64,000 nt of DNA, from the IMG/VR virus record IMGVR_UViG_3300030090_005562, positions 84,762 to 148,761 of that record; one strand, 5' to 3'. Each line of letters starts with the position of its first letter. Position 1 is the first letter of the stretch. Under the pieces are notes generated by a model. It was not told the DNA's origin. It was given only the letters and a program-made list of their open reading frames with translations, and searched no databases. Shown here piece after piece: positions 19,470 to 27,132 of this stretch. This DNA comes from a virus. The translations under genes and the position numbers were made by a program.

Positions 19470-19641
19470 GGGGCATAATGCCACGGCGGGGCACAATGCC
19501 ACACCCCCCATGGGGCAAAATGCCACACTATCTGTGATTGTAAATCGTTGCGAGATATTGACTTATAATGTGGGGCAAAACGCCCCAAACGCACTGTGGC
19601 AAAACGCCACGGTTGAAAATTGCGATGGGGCAAAATGCCAC
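19470..19641 (+). repeat. Six 15-bp palindromes G(G/T)GGCAnAA(T/C)GCC(A/C)C
   Basis: Copies start at 19470, 19488, 19512, 19572, 19596, 19627. Confidence 0.9.
19540..19566 (+). repeat. Solo 27-bp dyad (half element)
   Basis: GTAAATCGTT-gcgagat-ATTGACTTAT. Confidence 0.65.
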
Positions 19642-19675
19642 ATGCCAAAAATCAGAGGAAAAGAATTGGCACGCT

Positions 19676-19702
19676 GTAACTTGTTTGATAGTAATGACTT
19701 AG
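19676..19702 (+). repeat. Solo 27-bp dyad (half element)
   Basis: GTAACTTGTT-tgatagt-AATGACTTAG, followed by the usual T-rich tract. Confidence 0.75.
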
Positions 19703-19736
19703 AGAAATATGTCTTTTTTTTTATTTTATTTCCTAT

Positions 19737-19753
19737 TTGGTACGATATATGCA
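19737..19753 (+). promoter_or_regulatory. sigma54-like (-24/-12) promoter
   Basis: TTGGTACG-atat-ATGCA versus consensus TGGCACG-N4-TTGCW; GG-N10-GC spacing exact. Confidence 0.6.
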
Positions 19754-19810
19754 CTATATAGAAGTAACAAGAGAGAAAAACAACAATAACAATTTTAAGA
19801 GGTTTTTATT

Positions 19811-19978
19811 ATGGATTATGATAATGGTATTTTTTGCACAGTTCCCTGCGATAGAGTCGAAGGTGCTGTGTGGGTAGTCCGAAAATCGGACGGTGAAAAA
19901 ATCACCTTTTGCCGTGGATATGATGACGTCATGTTCACGGTGGGTGAGCTGATGAAACAGCGGATTGCCGCCCTTTAG
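19811..19978 (+). CDS. Hypothetical protein (55 aa), MDxDNGIF family copy 2
   Basis: Hand-translated MDYDNGIFCTVPCDRVEGAVWVVRKSDGEKITFCRGYDDVMFTVGELMKQRIAAL; SD GAGG. Confidence 0.8.
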   Translation: MDYDNGIFCTVPCDRVEGAVWVVRKSDGEKITFCRGYDDVMFTVGELMKQRIAAL

Positions 19979-20225
19979 GGTTTAACCCGTAAGCCTACCC
20001 CTAGTCGGTAGCAAAGCTGGAGAGCTTTTCAAGATACTCAGAGGGACTTCCCCCCCTCTTAAAAGATTGGTGGGTGAAGCGGTTTAGCTTGCTACCGTAT
20101 AAAAGGCAAGTCAGCACGCTGCTGCTGGGCTGGAGAGGCGAAAGCCGTTGACCCTTAAATAAGCAATAAAGCAGCAAAAACATTTGACAGAGTTTTGTTT
20201 GTTTGGTAAAATGAGGTTTATGATT

Positions 20226-20468
20226 ATGAGTCAGCAAGAATTCACCGATGCAGTCGCCCGCGTTCCCGCCCTTTGGGGTCGTAAAGTTGTGAGCGTTTTG
20301 GAAGTGACCGATGGTATGGCATCGGTTCGCGTGTCCGGTAATGTTCACGGCTTCTGGGTTCCTGTGGAGAAGTTGGAGCGTGTCGGTCACAAGCCTGCAA
20401 AGCCGAAACTGTATTTCGATGGTGAGTCTTGGGGTACACAACCAGTTAAACGTTCGGAGGTATTTTAA
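20226..20468 (+). CDS. Hypothetical protein, SH3-like
   Basis: Follows TTGACA-17-TAAAAT at 20184; SD GAGG. Confidence 0.6.
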   Translation: MSQQEFTDAVARVPALWGRKVVSVLEVTDGMASVRVSGNVHGFWVPVEKLERVGHKPAKPKLYFDGESWGTQPVKRSEVF

Positions 20469-20930
20469 TGAGTTTCCCCGGTTTACAAGCAGAGGCAAAT
20501 GGATTGGTTTGGTCTGATGAACTTGACCGCTGGGTACATCCTGACGAATTTACTAATGAGAGTCTTGAAGAATTGGAGAACTTGCAAAATGGTTAAGACT
20601 ATTGCAAAATGTTTGCTGTCGTTGTTTGGTTGGTGTGTTGTGATTATTGCGGCTTGGGGCGGTGGTACGTTGTTCGCCGCTTGGATGTTAAATTTTGGGA
20701 GGCCTCTCTAGTATGATTGAGTTACTCAAAGCCCTTGGGCTTGCTTTTTGTTTGGGTTGTGCGTTGGTAATCGGCCCGCTTGTTTTGCAGCTTCACGTTC
20801 AGCACCTTGAGCTTGAGCAGGCAAGACAGGCGGAAACTGTTCTTGGCTGGATTGAAAATGAGGCCAACGACACGAGGCTCTCCGAGTATCGGCCCGATTG
20901 AGTCGCAGCCAATGCGGCCGGATGCGGCGC

Positions 20931-21009
20931 GTAAACCTATGTGTGGTAAGCACTTAGGAGGGCGCGGCCTGCCCGCTTGAGCGTAAACCCTTTGGTAGTA
21001 ACGACTTAT
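20931..21009 (+). repeat. 79-bp double-dyad element 5
   Basis: GTAAACCTAT-gtgtggt-AAGCACTTAG / 25 bp / GTAAACCCTT-tggtagt-AACGACTTAT. Confidence 0.95.
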
Positions 21010-21037
21010 AACTATTTTGATTATTTTTTATTTTTTA

Positions 21038-21078
21038 TAAAGAATTCTGTTGACATGGTCGATAATATATAGTAGAAT
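21038..21078 (+). promoter_or_regulatory. Nested sigma70 and sigma28-like promoter
   Basis: TAAAG 21038, TTGACA-17-TAGAAT, GTCGATAA. Confidence 0.75.
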
Positions 21079-21208
21079 GGTTTTATTATGACAGTTAAGA
21101 AATTTTTGCTACGACTGCGATACACAAACAAAAAACCGCTTGACATTAGTGCGGCTCGATGGTATGCTATGGTCAAGCAATACAACAACAATAAAGAGGT
21201 TTTTGAAA

Positions 21209-21562
21209 ATGAGTGAGATAAAAAAATTGTGGCACTTCCGACAGAACAACAGCGGCGGCAAGTATACCGGACCCGCTTACAATATCGTTGTGGAAGGCGA
21301 CACGATGGACGAAGCATGGGCCGAAGCTGAAAAGCTCGGAGCGACTAACATTGGTAGCTGCTCGTGCTGTGGCGACCGCTGGAATGATGCCAATGAAATT
21401 AAGAGTAGGGACTATATCATTTATCTGGATATGGCAATCGAAGACAGCACTTATACAAGCCAGACGGGTGGAAAGTTTCCGCTGGTTCTCGGTTGTCCTG
21501 AGTGGCGGCGGCTTGAATTTCGTGTCTCTATGGATTATGAGAATTTTGTAAAAAACGCTTGA
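21209..21562 (+). CDS. Conserved phage protein (QNNSGG...CSCCGDRW type)
   Basis: FRQNNSGG and SCSCCGDRW motifs; SD GAGG. Confidence 0.75.
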   Translation: MSEIKKLWHFRQNNSGGKYTGPAYNIVVEGDTMDEAWAEAEKLGATNIGSCSCCGDRWNDANEIKSRDYIIYLDMAIEDSTYTSQTGGKFPLVLGCPEWRRLEFRVSMDYENFVKNA

Positions 21563-21621
21563 CACGGTTTTTTTATCTGGTAAAATATACGAGTAACAAC
21601 AAACAACAGCAGAGGAAACAA

Positions 21622-21903
21622 ATGATTACAATCGACGCAAACGAACGATTCACGCCAGTTGAACAGTGCCGTATGTTTAATGTGGATATGTCTGAATTGA
21701 TGGACCCGAAAGATATTCGGGGAAACAATAAATTTCTGATTCGATGCAAGGCACACAATGATGCGGCTAAAAAAGACCCCGCAAGTGTAGCTTGTAAGGT
21801 CGACCCTAAAACGCATGAAATAATCAGTGGCACGCCCGAACGTATTGCAAACCTCAATGCTCACATGGAGCGAATTCAAAAGGAGATGGAAACGAATGGC
21901 TAA
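21622..21903 (+). CDS. Hypothetical protein
   Basis: SD GAGGA, promoter at 21559. Confidence 0.65.
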   Translation: MITIDANERFTPVEQCRMFNVDMSELMDPKDIRGNNKFLIRCKAHNDAAKKDPASVACKVDPKTHEIISGTPERIANLNAHMERIQKEMETNG

Positions 21904-22057
21904 AAAAGAATTTAGCATCTGCACGTTGGAAAGTGGAAAGTGGAAACAGTGGGGAGCGGGTGAGACCAATATTCAGAACCGCTCTGAGTTGGTCAAGCAT
22001 GTTCAAAAGGTAGCGGTCAAGGCAAACGGTTGTGTTCGAGTCAGGAGAAAATCATAA
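21896..22057 (+). CDS. Hypothetical protein
   Basis: SD AAGGAG; overlaps upstream stop. Confidence 0.55.
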   Translation: MAKKEFSICTLESGKWKQWGAGETNIQNRSELVKHVQKVAVKANGCVRVRRKS

Positions 22058-22058
22058 C

Positions 22059-22292
22059 ATGGAAAACACGGTTGTAGCGTTTGACATTTTCAAACAACTC
22101 GAAGGGTCTTGGATGGGAACCATCCGGCTCAAAAATATCTCGATGAGTAAAATCTCACAGATACATTCTGACCTTGAGCGTCGAGGTGAGAGGGTGCCGA
22201 ATTATTTAATGAAAGCAGAAGGTCATGACGTTGTGTTGACTCTTGACGTTTGCCGAACGTGTAAAGGAACAGGAAAAACAAATGCCAACTAA
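22059..22292 (+). CDS. Hypothetical protein with C-terminal CxxCxGxG
   Basis: CRTCKGTG; SD AGGAG. Confidence 0.6.
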   Translation: MENTVVAFDIFKQLEGSWMGTIRLKNISMSKISQIHSDLERRGERVPNYLMKAEGHDVVLTLDVCRTCKGTGKTNAN

Positions 22293-22458
22293 AAAATATA
22301 TGATTAAAGAGGAGCGACATTATCGCAGGCCGTTGGTCGCTCGTCTGGTAGAATATGCCCTCTGTGCTTATCTGTTTTGTGCTGCTGTTGGTGGTACGGT
22401 AGTCGGTGGGCTGTGGGCGTTTGGCTATCTGGAAATGTGGATGCCGCCAACGTTTTGA
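22282..22458 (+). CDS. Small membrane protein
   Basis: One hydrophobic helix. Confidence 0.5.
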   Translation: MPTKKYMIKEERHYRRPLVARLVEYALCAYLFCAAVGGTVVGGLWAFGYLEMWMPPTF

Positions 22459-22607
22459 TTGAGGGGAAAAATGAAATTTGATTTGATTTTTTTAGCTGTT
22501 GCGTTGCCATTTAACTTTTTTGTTTTTTGGTCAACACCCTTGACGGCTTTAATTGTTTTTGCTACAATGTTGTTATTACGATATGTTTCACCAGTGGGAG
22601 AATGAGA

Positions 22608-22700
22608 ATGGACCCGTACGATTACGATGAACTGTATTTTGATGACGGTCATTATGATGATGACCCGAACCCGTATCACGGGGACTACTCCGAGGAGTAG
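22608..22700 (+). CDS. 30-aa acidic/aromatic peptide
   Basis: MDPYDYDELYFDDGHYDDDPNPYHGDYSEE; SD GGGAG. Confidence 0.6.
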   Translation: MDPYDYDELYFDDGHYDDDPNPYHGDYSEE

Positions 22701-22811
22701 GCTAGAAGCCGGGCCGATTCCCCTCTGCCCGGTGGATACATAAAGCGGTCCCAGTCAAAGCCTCCTAGCTGGAAGGGCTCGACGGTAAGGCTTACCGTGC
22801 CGCTATCTTTC

Positions 22812-22890
22812 ATAACCCGTTGGTGTATATAGACTTACGCCCTGGCGGGCTGCCCGCTGCTCCGTAACCCCTTTGATATTACACACTTAC
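22812..22890 (+). repeat. 79-bp double-dyad element 6
   Basis: ATAACCCGTT-ggtgtat-ATAGACTTAC / 25 bp with GCGGGCtGCCCGC / GTAACCCCTT-tgatatt-ACACACTTAC. Confidence 0.92.
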
Positions 22891-22968
22891 ATAGTGTATT
22901 ACCTAAGCCTACCGGCTAGGGCAGGGCAAAAGCTGCGAGGCCGTGGCCAGGGAAATTTTGAGATTTTC

Positions 22969-23008
22969 TAAAGTTTTTCTTTGACAATGACGATAAATAT
23001 AGTATACT
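22969..23008 (+). promoter_or_regulatory. Nested sigma70 and sigma28-like promoter
   Basis: TAAAGTTT 22969, TTGACA-16-TATACT, GACGATAA. Confidence 0.75.
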
Positions 23009-23014
23009 TAAATC

Positions 23015-23194
23015 ATGAAACGAAAAAACAAAAAACAGTCTGATAAGATTCTGATACGGAAAGAGGATATAAAACCCTCGACCGGTCATAGTCAGCACGA
23101 CAGTGGTAGCGGGTATCACGATGGGCGACCGAAACGACAACGAACTCGGGCCGCACAAAACCGTCAAGCATTAAAGGATTACGATGTACGATAA
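23015..23194 (+). CDS. Basic 59-aa protein, probably leaderless
   Basis: Hand-translated MKRKNKKQSDKILIRKEDIKPSTGHSQHDSGSGYHDGRPKRQRTRAAQNRQALKDYDVR; ATG 6 nt after the -10 box. Confidence 0.65.
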   Translation: MKRKNKKQSDKILIRKEDIKPSTGHSQHDSGSGYHDGRPKRQRTRAAQNRQALKDYDVR

Positions 23195-23423
23195 AAAAAC
23201 TTATTTTATTGTGTCTTGCCGTTGTGGTGACAAGCTAAATAGAGTGAAGTGGTTCAAAAATATATTCGACGCCACTGCTTGGATTGATGGATTAGAGTGG
23301 GCAGTTGGATTTGATGTAGATGTGTCGGTTACTATTGACAAACGGGAAATGCCTGTTAAACTTGATAGTACCCGTCAAATGAGTTTGTTTCCTGTTTTTA
23401 ATGAAGGAGAGTTGAGTAAATGA
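23184..23423 (+). CDS. Hypothetical protein
   Basis: SD AAAGGA; coupled to neighbours. Confidence 0.6.
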   Translation: MYDKKTYFIVSCRCGDKLNRVKWFKNIFDATAWIDGLEWAVGFDVDVSVTIDKREMPVKLDSTRQMSLFPVFNEGELSK

Positions 23424-23755
23424 TTTTTACACGTAAAAAATCGTTGGCCGAGTGTGCCGCTGGTGATGTTGTTGGTTTTTCTTACGGTAATAAGAATACC
23501 AGTCAGGGGCTTCCCCGCCGTCAGGGTACGGTTGTGGAAGTGCGGGATACTCACAAGCACCCGATTGCATCGTCTACTAAGGCGAGCAATAAAATTCAGC
23601 GTAGCCGGTTTTTGGTTACGGTGGAAGATGGGCCGGAACAATATCGGCAGTTTTACGCCGAGGATATTGCAGGTCGTGCGGTTCAGTTTACTTGGTTGGG
23701 TAAGATTCTCAACAACTGGACCCGTAAGGTCGGCATTTCCGGTTCGTGGTTGTAG
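23420..23755 (+). CDS. Hypothetical protein, SH3/WYL-like
   Basis: GDVVGFSYG...RRQGTVVEV...YRQFY; SD AAGGAG. Confidence 0.6.
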   Translation: MIFTRKKSLAECAAGDVVGFSYGNKNTSQGLPRRQGTVVEVRDTHKHPIASSTKASNKIQRSRFLVTVEDGPEQYRQFYAEDIAGRAVQFTWLGKILNNWTRKVGISGSWL

Positions 23756-23926
23756 GGTATCCGTTAGTCTAGAGCAGACGAGACCATGCCTGCGTGGCGT
23801 ATAGAGAAGCGTCCGCACCAATATTGTACTTTCACACCGGCGGTAGGGGATTCCCCGATGCGGTTTCCCCTGCCGTCAAACGTGAAAAGAGTTGACAACA
23901 ACAAAAAAAGGTGTAGAATAGAGACC

Positions 23927-24139
23927 ATGAAACCACGAACACAAAGTTTTTACGTTGAAGCAGATATTGCCAATGATACTGGATATGTTCGCGGTATATT
24001 TATTGCGGTCAATCGCTGCTTGCCTAAACCGTACGGATGCGGTGGAGAAGCGACCGAGTTTAATAATGAGCCTAGCGAGCGTGAATACGCTATGAGTGGG
24101 CTATGTCAAAAATGTCAAGATAAATTTTTTGGAGAATAA
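23927..24139 (+). CDS. Small Cys-containing phage protein
   Basis: CGGEATEF...SEREYAMSGLCQKCQDKFF; promoter at 23892. Confidence 0.65.
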   Translation: MKPRTQSFYVEADIANDTGYVRGIFIAVNRCLPKPYGCGGEATEFNNEPSEREYAMSGLCQKCQDKFFGE

Positions 24140-24140
24140 G

Positions 24141-24290
24141 ATGCAATTGATTTCTATCGGTGGGAAGATTACTATCAAGGGTAAAGAGGCTCGCGTAACT
24201 AATATTACGCAAACCCATGTGCATGCTGTGGACGCAAACGGCAAAACCCACAAGGTAACGCTCAAGGAAGCGGAAACCCTTGTAGGGTAA
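24141..24290 (+). CDS. Small beta-barrel-like hypothetical protein
   Basis: SD GGAG; stop codon lies inside element 7. Confidence 0.65.
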   Translation: MQLISIGGKITIKGKEARVTNITQTHVHAVDANGKTHKVTLKEAETLVG

Positions 24291-24350
24291 CGACTTAGGG
24301 CGAGGCGGGCCGCCCGCCGCATCGTAACCCCTTGCCACACAACGACTTAC
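24272..24350 (+). repeat. 79-bp double-dyad element 7
   Basis: GGAAACCCTT-gtagggt-AACGACTTAG / 25 bp with GCGGGCcGCCCGC / GTAACCCCTT-gccacac-AACGACTTAC. Confidence 0.95.
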
Positions 24351-24450
24351 AGCAATTAAGTTTTTTTTTCTTTTTTTCTCAAGCTGACCCCTTGACAATG
24401 CCGATATATAGTTATAATAGGGGAAACAACAAACAACAAGAGGTGAGAAA

Positions 24451-25242
24451 ATGGAACAAATTATTTACGATGGTCCGCTAGTTTTTGGCAAAGCAAACGC
24501 CAAGCTCAAAGCCCTAGAGAAAATTCACGGCAAGCTGTCAACGTTTTCTGTATTGTCTGGGCATACTTGCCCCTATGCTAAAGAGTGTCACAGTAAGGCG
24601 GTAGTCGTGGATGGTAAGCGTAGGATTCAGGACGGCGAACACACAAAGTTTCGTTGTTTTTCTGCATCGCAAGAGGTGCAGTATGATGGTGTGTATCGTA
24701 GTCGTGCGGGAAACACTCAAATAATTACGGCAGCGGCAAGAGATTGCAACGGGTCTGCTATTGCAATTAGTCGAGCGATTCCAAAGAATACAAAAATTGT
24801 ACGGATTCATGTGGGCGGCGATTTCAAAACGCAAGCCTATTTTGATTGCTGGATGAAAGTCGCAGAGACAAACCCAGACATTCATTTTTACGCATACACA
24901 AAGAGTCTGCCGTTTTGGGTAGCACGCATGGAAGAATTAAAATCAATTCCGAATTTTGTTTTGACTGCAAGCCGTGGAGGTTTTCAGGACAAACTTATTA
25001 AGCAGCACAATTTGCGGGAAGCGGTTGTGGTTTATTCTGAAGAACAAGCAGAGGAACTGGGTCTAGAGATAGACCATGATGATAGTCACGCTGCAAACCG
25101 TGGCGGCAATTTTGCTTTGCTTATTCATGGCACACAGCCGAAGGGAAGCGAAGCAGGCGAAGCATTGAAGCAACTCAAACGTAAAGGTTGGACAGGTTAT
25201 AGTGACAAAGGGAGAAAACAAAATGTCAAAGCTAAAGCGTAA
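24451..25242 (+). CDS. GP88-family (radical-SAM-like, Cys-containing) phage protein
   Basis: ANAKL, TCPYAKEC, CFSASQE, VRIHVGGDF, FYAYTKS. Confidence 0.75.
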   Translation: MEQIIYDGPLVFGKANAKLKALEKIHGKLSTFSVLSGHTCPYAKECHSKAVVVDGKRRIQDGEHTKFRCFSASQEVQYDGVYRSRAGNTQIITAAARDCNGSAIAISRAIPKNTKIVRIHVGGDFKTQAYFDCWMKVAETNPDIHFYAYTKSLPFWVARMEELKSIPNFVLTASRGGFQDKLIKQHNLREAVVVYSEEQAEELGLEIDHDDSHAANRGGNFALLIHGTQPKGSEAGEALKQLKRKGWTGYSDKGRKQNVKAKA

Positions 25243-25456
25243 GCAATACTGCTGGGCGATGGACCCGCACGCAGAGGGCTATTGTTGTGTGTTTGTCTAT
25301 ATTAGACGGAACGAGAAGGACACGAACGACGAAGAGGTACGGCTAGAATTTGATAACCCGAACGCTTCGATATCGTTCCACAAACTGCTAATCGAGGCCG
25401 GTTATAAATTCAAGCAGGTTAAAATTGTGACCACCCCCGAATGGGTGAAGTATTAA
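25223..25456 (+). CDS. Hypothetical protein
   Basis: SD GGGAG. Confidence 0.6.
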   Translation: MSKLKRKQYCWAMDPHAEGYCCVFVYIRRNEKDTNDEEVRLEFDNPNASISFHKLLIEAGYKFKQVKIVTTPEWVKY

Positions 25457-25486
25457 AAATTCTCCTTGTTGTTGTTGTTTGTTGCC

Positions 25487-25565
25487 CTAACCCCTTTGTG
25501 CGTAAGCACTTAGGGGCTAGCGGCCCGCCCGCCGCGCCGTAAACCCTTGCCCTGTAACGACTTAC
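25487..25565 (+). repeat. 79-bp double-dyad element 8
   Basis: CTAACCCCTT-tgtgcgt-AAGCACTTAG / 25 bp / GTAAACCCTT-gccctgt-AACGACTTAC. Confidence 0.95.
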
Positions 25566-25690
25566 GACGACTCTTTATTTTGTGAAAAAAAAATTTATTT
25601 CTCTAAAGAAAACCCCCTTGACAGGACGATATATTAAGTATAATAAGAGCATGTTAGTTGGTTATGTAAGTTTTTTAGGAGAATGTGTTT

Positions 25691-26929
25691 ATGAGTGAAC
25701 AACTTGGAAACGGTGTTAAGGTTGGCGAAGCTGGTTCGCACTTTACAGACAGTCAAGCGAAGGCGAAAGACTTTCGCAACGTGTCTAGTATCTGGGCGAG
25801 CAAGTGCATCTCTTTCGATGAAGGTCTGGAAAAGCTCAGCAACGAGCAGTCTGTTATCGAGGATTTTCGTGAGCCTCTTTCCGCGTTCGATACCGTTGTA
25901 ACTGACAAGGGCAAGTTTGCAATTCGCAAGAAGTCTACCGGCAAGGATTATATTCCTACGCCGCACGCCCTACGTCAAATGGCGGTAGCAGGTCAAACGT
26001 CTGCGTGGATGTTCGAGGATTTGTGTACCGATAAAGTCGGCACCAAAAAGGGTGAGGAATTCAAGTATCGACGCGATTCGTCAGATGCGGGATTGCTCAA
26101 GCGTATCGTTGACCATACTCTATTCAATGGCAATCGGTTCGACCAAGACAAAACCCGTTTGTTCCGCACTTGGAAAAATGGTAGTCTGCGTGCTGTTCTG
26201 TCTGATAAGTATGCAATCGTGAATAATGAGTGGTATCTTGAACTGCTCAAAAAGTTGGTTCCAGGCGGTCTGTTGTCCCACTGGCGTGGCGATGCTGACT
26301 CCCTCTATGGTAACATTCTGATTCCCGATAGTATCCGACAGGAAACTGATTCGGCCTATGGTGCGATGTTGAGCGTGGGCAATAGCGAAATCGGTATGCG
26401 GCGAATCTCGAACCTGCCGTCTGTCTTTCGAGCAATCTGCATGAATGGTTGCATCTGGGAGCAAGAGTCTGGCAAGAATGTTCGTCAGGTTCACCGTGGG
26501 GAATTGAATCTTGACCAGTTGGAATATACTATCAAGACCAATATCCAGGCCCAAATTCCGCTGCTCAACAAGGGGATTGATACCCTGCTTGATACTCGCA
26601 GTCGGACGTTCGGTGATGTCTCGGTTGACCAGATGCTTGCCGCTACTGCAAAGCAGTACAAGGTAAGTCGTACCGATATGGTTGGAATCCGCAAAGGTTT
26701 CGACGTAGAGGTTGGAATTCTTGGGACCGATGCTCGTAGCTCGTTTGGTCTGATTAACGCAATCACCCGCCACAGTCAGAATTGTGAGCCTGATGCGTGG
26801 GTATCGTTTGACCAACTCGGCGGTCGTCTTTCGCAACAGAGTGAAAAACAGTGGGGGAATCTCAAAGCCCTCGGCAAAACTTTCACCGAAACGAAGGACG
26901 TTGAGAAGTTGATTGGGCTAAATGTCTAG
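25691..26929 (+). CDS. DUF932-family protein
   Basis: RAVLSDKY, NSEIG, FRAICMNG, RQVHRG, FGLINAITR. Confidence 0.8.
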   Translation: MSEQLGNGVKVGEAGSHFTDSQAKAKDFRNVSSIWASKCISFDEGLEKLSNEQSVIEDFREPLSAFDTVVTDKGKFAIRKKSTGKDYIPTPHALRQMAVAGQTSAWMFEDLCTDKVGTKKGEEFKYRRDSSDAGLLKRIVDHTLFNGNRFDQDKTRLFRTWKNGSLRAVLSDKYAIVNNEWYLELLKKLVPGGLLSHWRGDADSLYGNILIPDSIRQETDSAYGAMLSVGNSEIGMRRISNLPSVFRAICMNGCIWEQESGKNVRQVHRGELNLDQLEYTIKTNIQAQIPLLNKGIDTLLDTRSRTFGDVSVDQMLAATAKQYKVSRTDMVGIRKGFDVEVGILGTDARSSFGLINAITRHSQNCEPDAWVSFDQLGGRLSQQSEKQWGNLKALGKTFTETKDVEKLIGLNV

Positions 26930-26958
26930 TCTCCATAGCGGGGATAATCTGCCCCGAA

Positions 26959-26995
26959 GGGGGTTGGGGAATTTTCCCCGCCCCCTACCTTTTTT
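26959..26995 (+). terminator. Intrinsic terminator
   Basis: GGGGGTTGGGGA...TCCCCGCCCCC then T tract. Confidence 0.7.
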
Positions 26996-27132
26996 ATTAA
27001 AGTTGACAACGTTGGATTGTCGATGTATAATAGGGGATTGGAGGCTATGCCTATGGAAGAAACTTTGTTATTGTTAATTGGTTTGACAGGTGTTATAGTT
27101 GGTTGTCTTGAATCTATTAGGGGAGATTTAAA

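Noticed and set aside
19387-19761. 124-aa ORF with GHNAT/GQNAT repeats
   Set aside because: The peptide repeats are the translation of DNA palindromes, and there is no SD; treated as non-coding
22744-22804. c-di-GMP-I riboswitch or twister ribozyme (CAAAGCCTCC, GGTCCCA)
   Set aside because: Only fragments match and the remaining conserved cores could not be placed
22822-22829. Tenth GGTGTATA
   Set aside because: Lies in the variable core of element 6, not at a late-gene junction; probably chance
23088-23096. Extra ATAGTCAGC copies at 23088 and 46474
   Set aside because: Inside coding sequence and far from the cluster
20001-26836. Minus-strand ORFs such as 20001-20498, 23375-23821 and 26120-26836
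   Set aside because: Antisense to plus-strand genes that have promoters and SD sequences; no recognisable motifs
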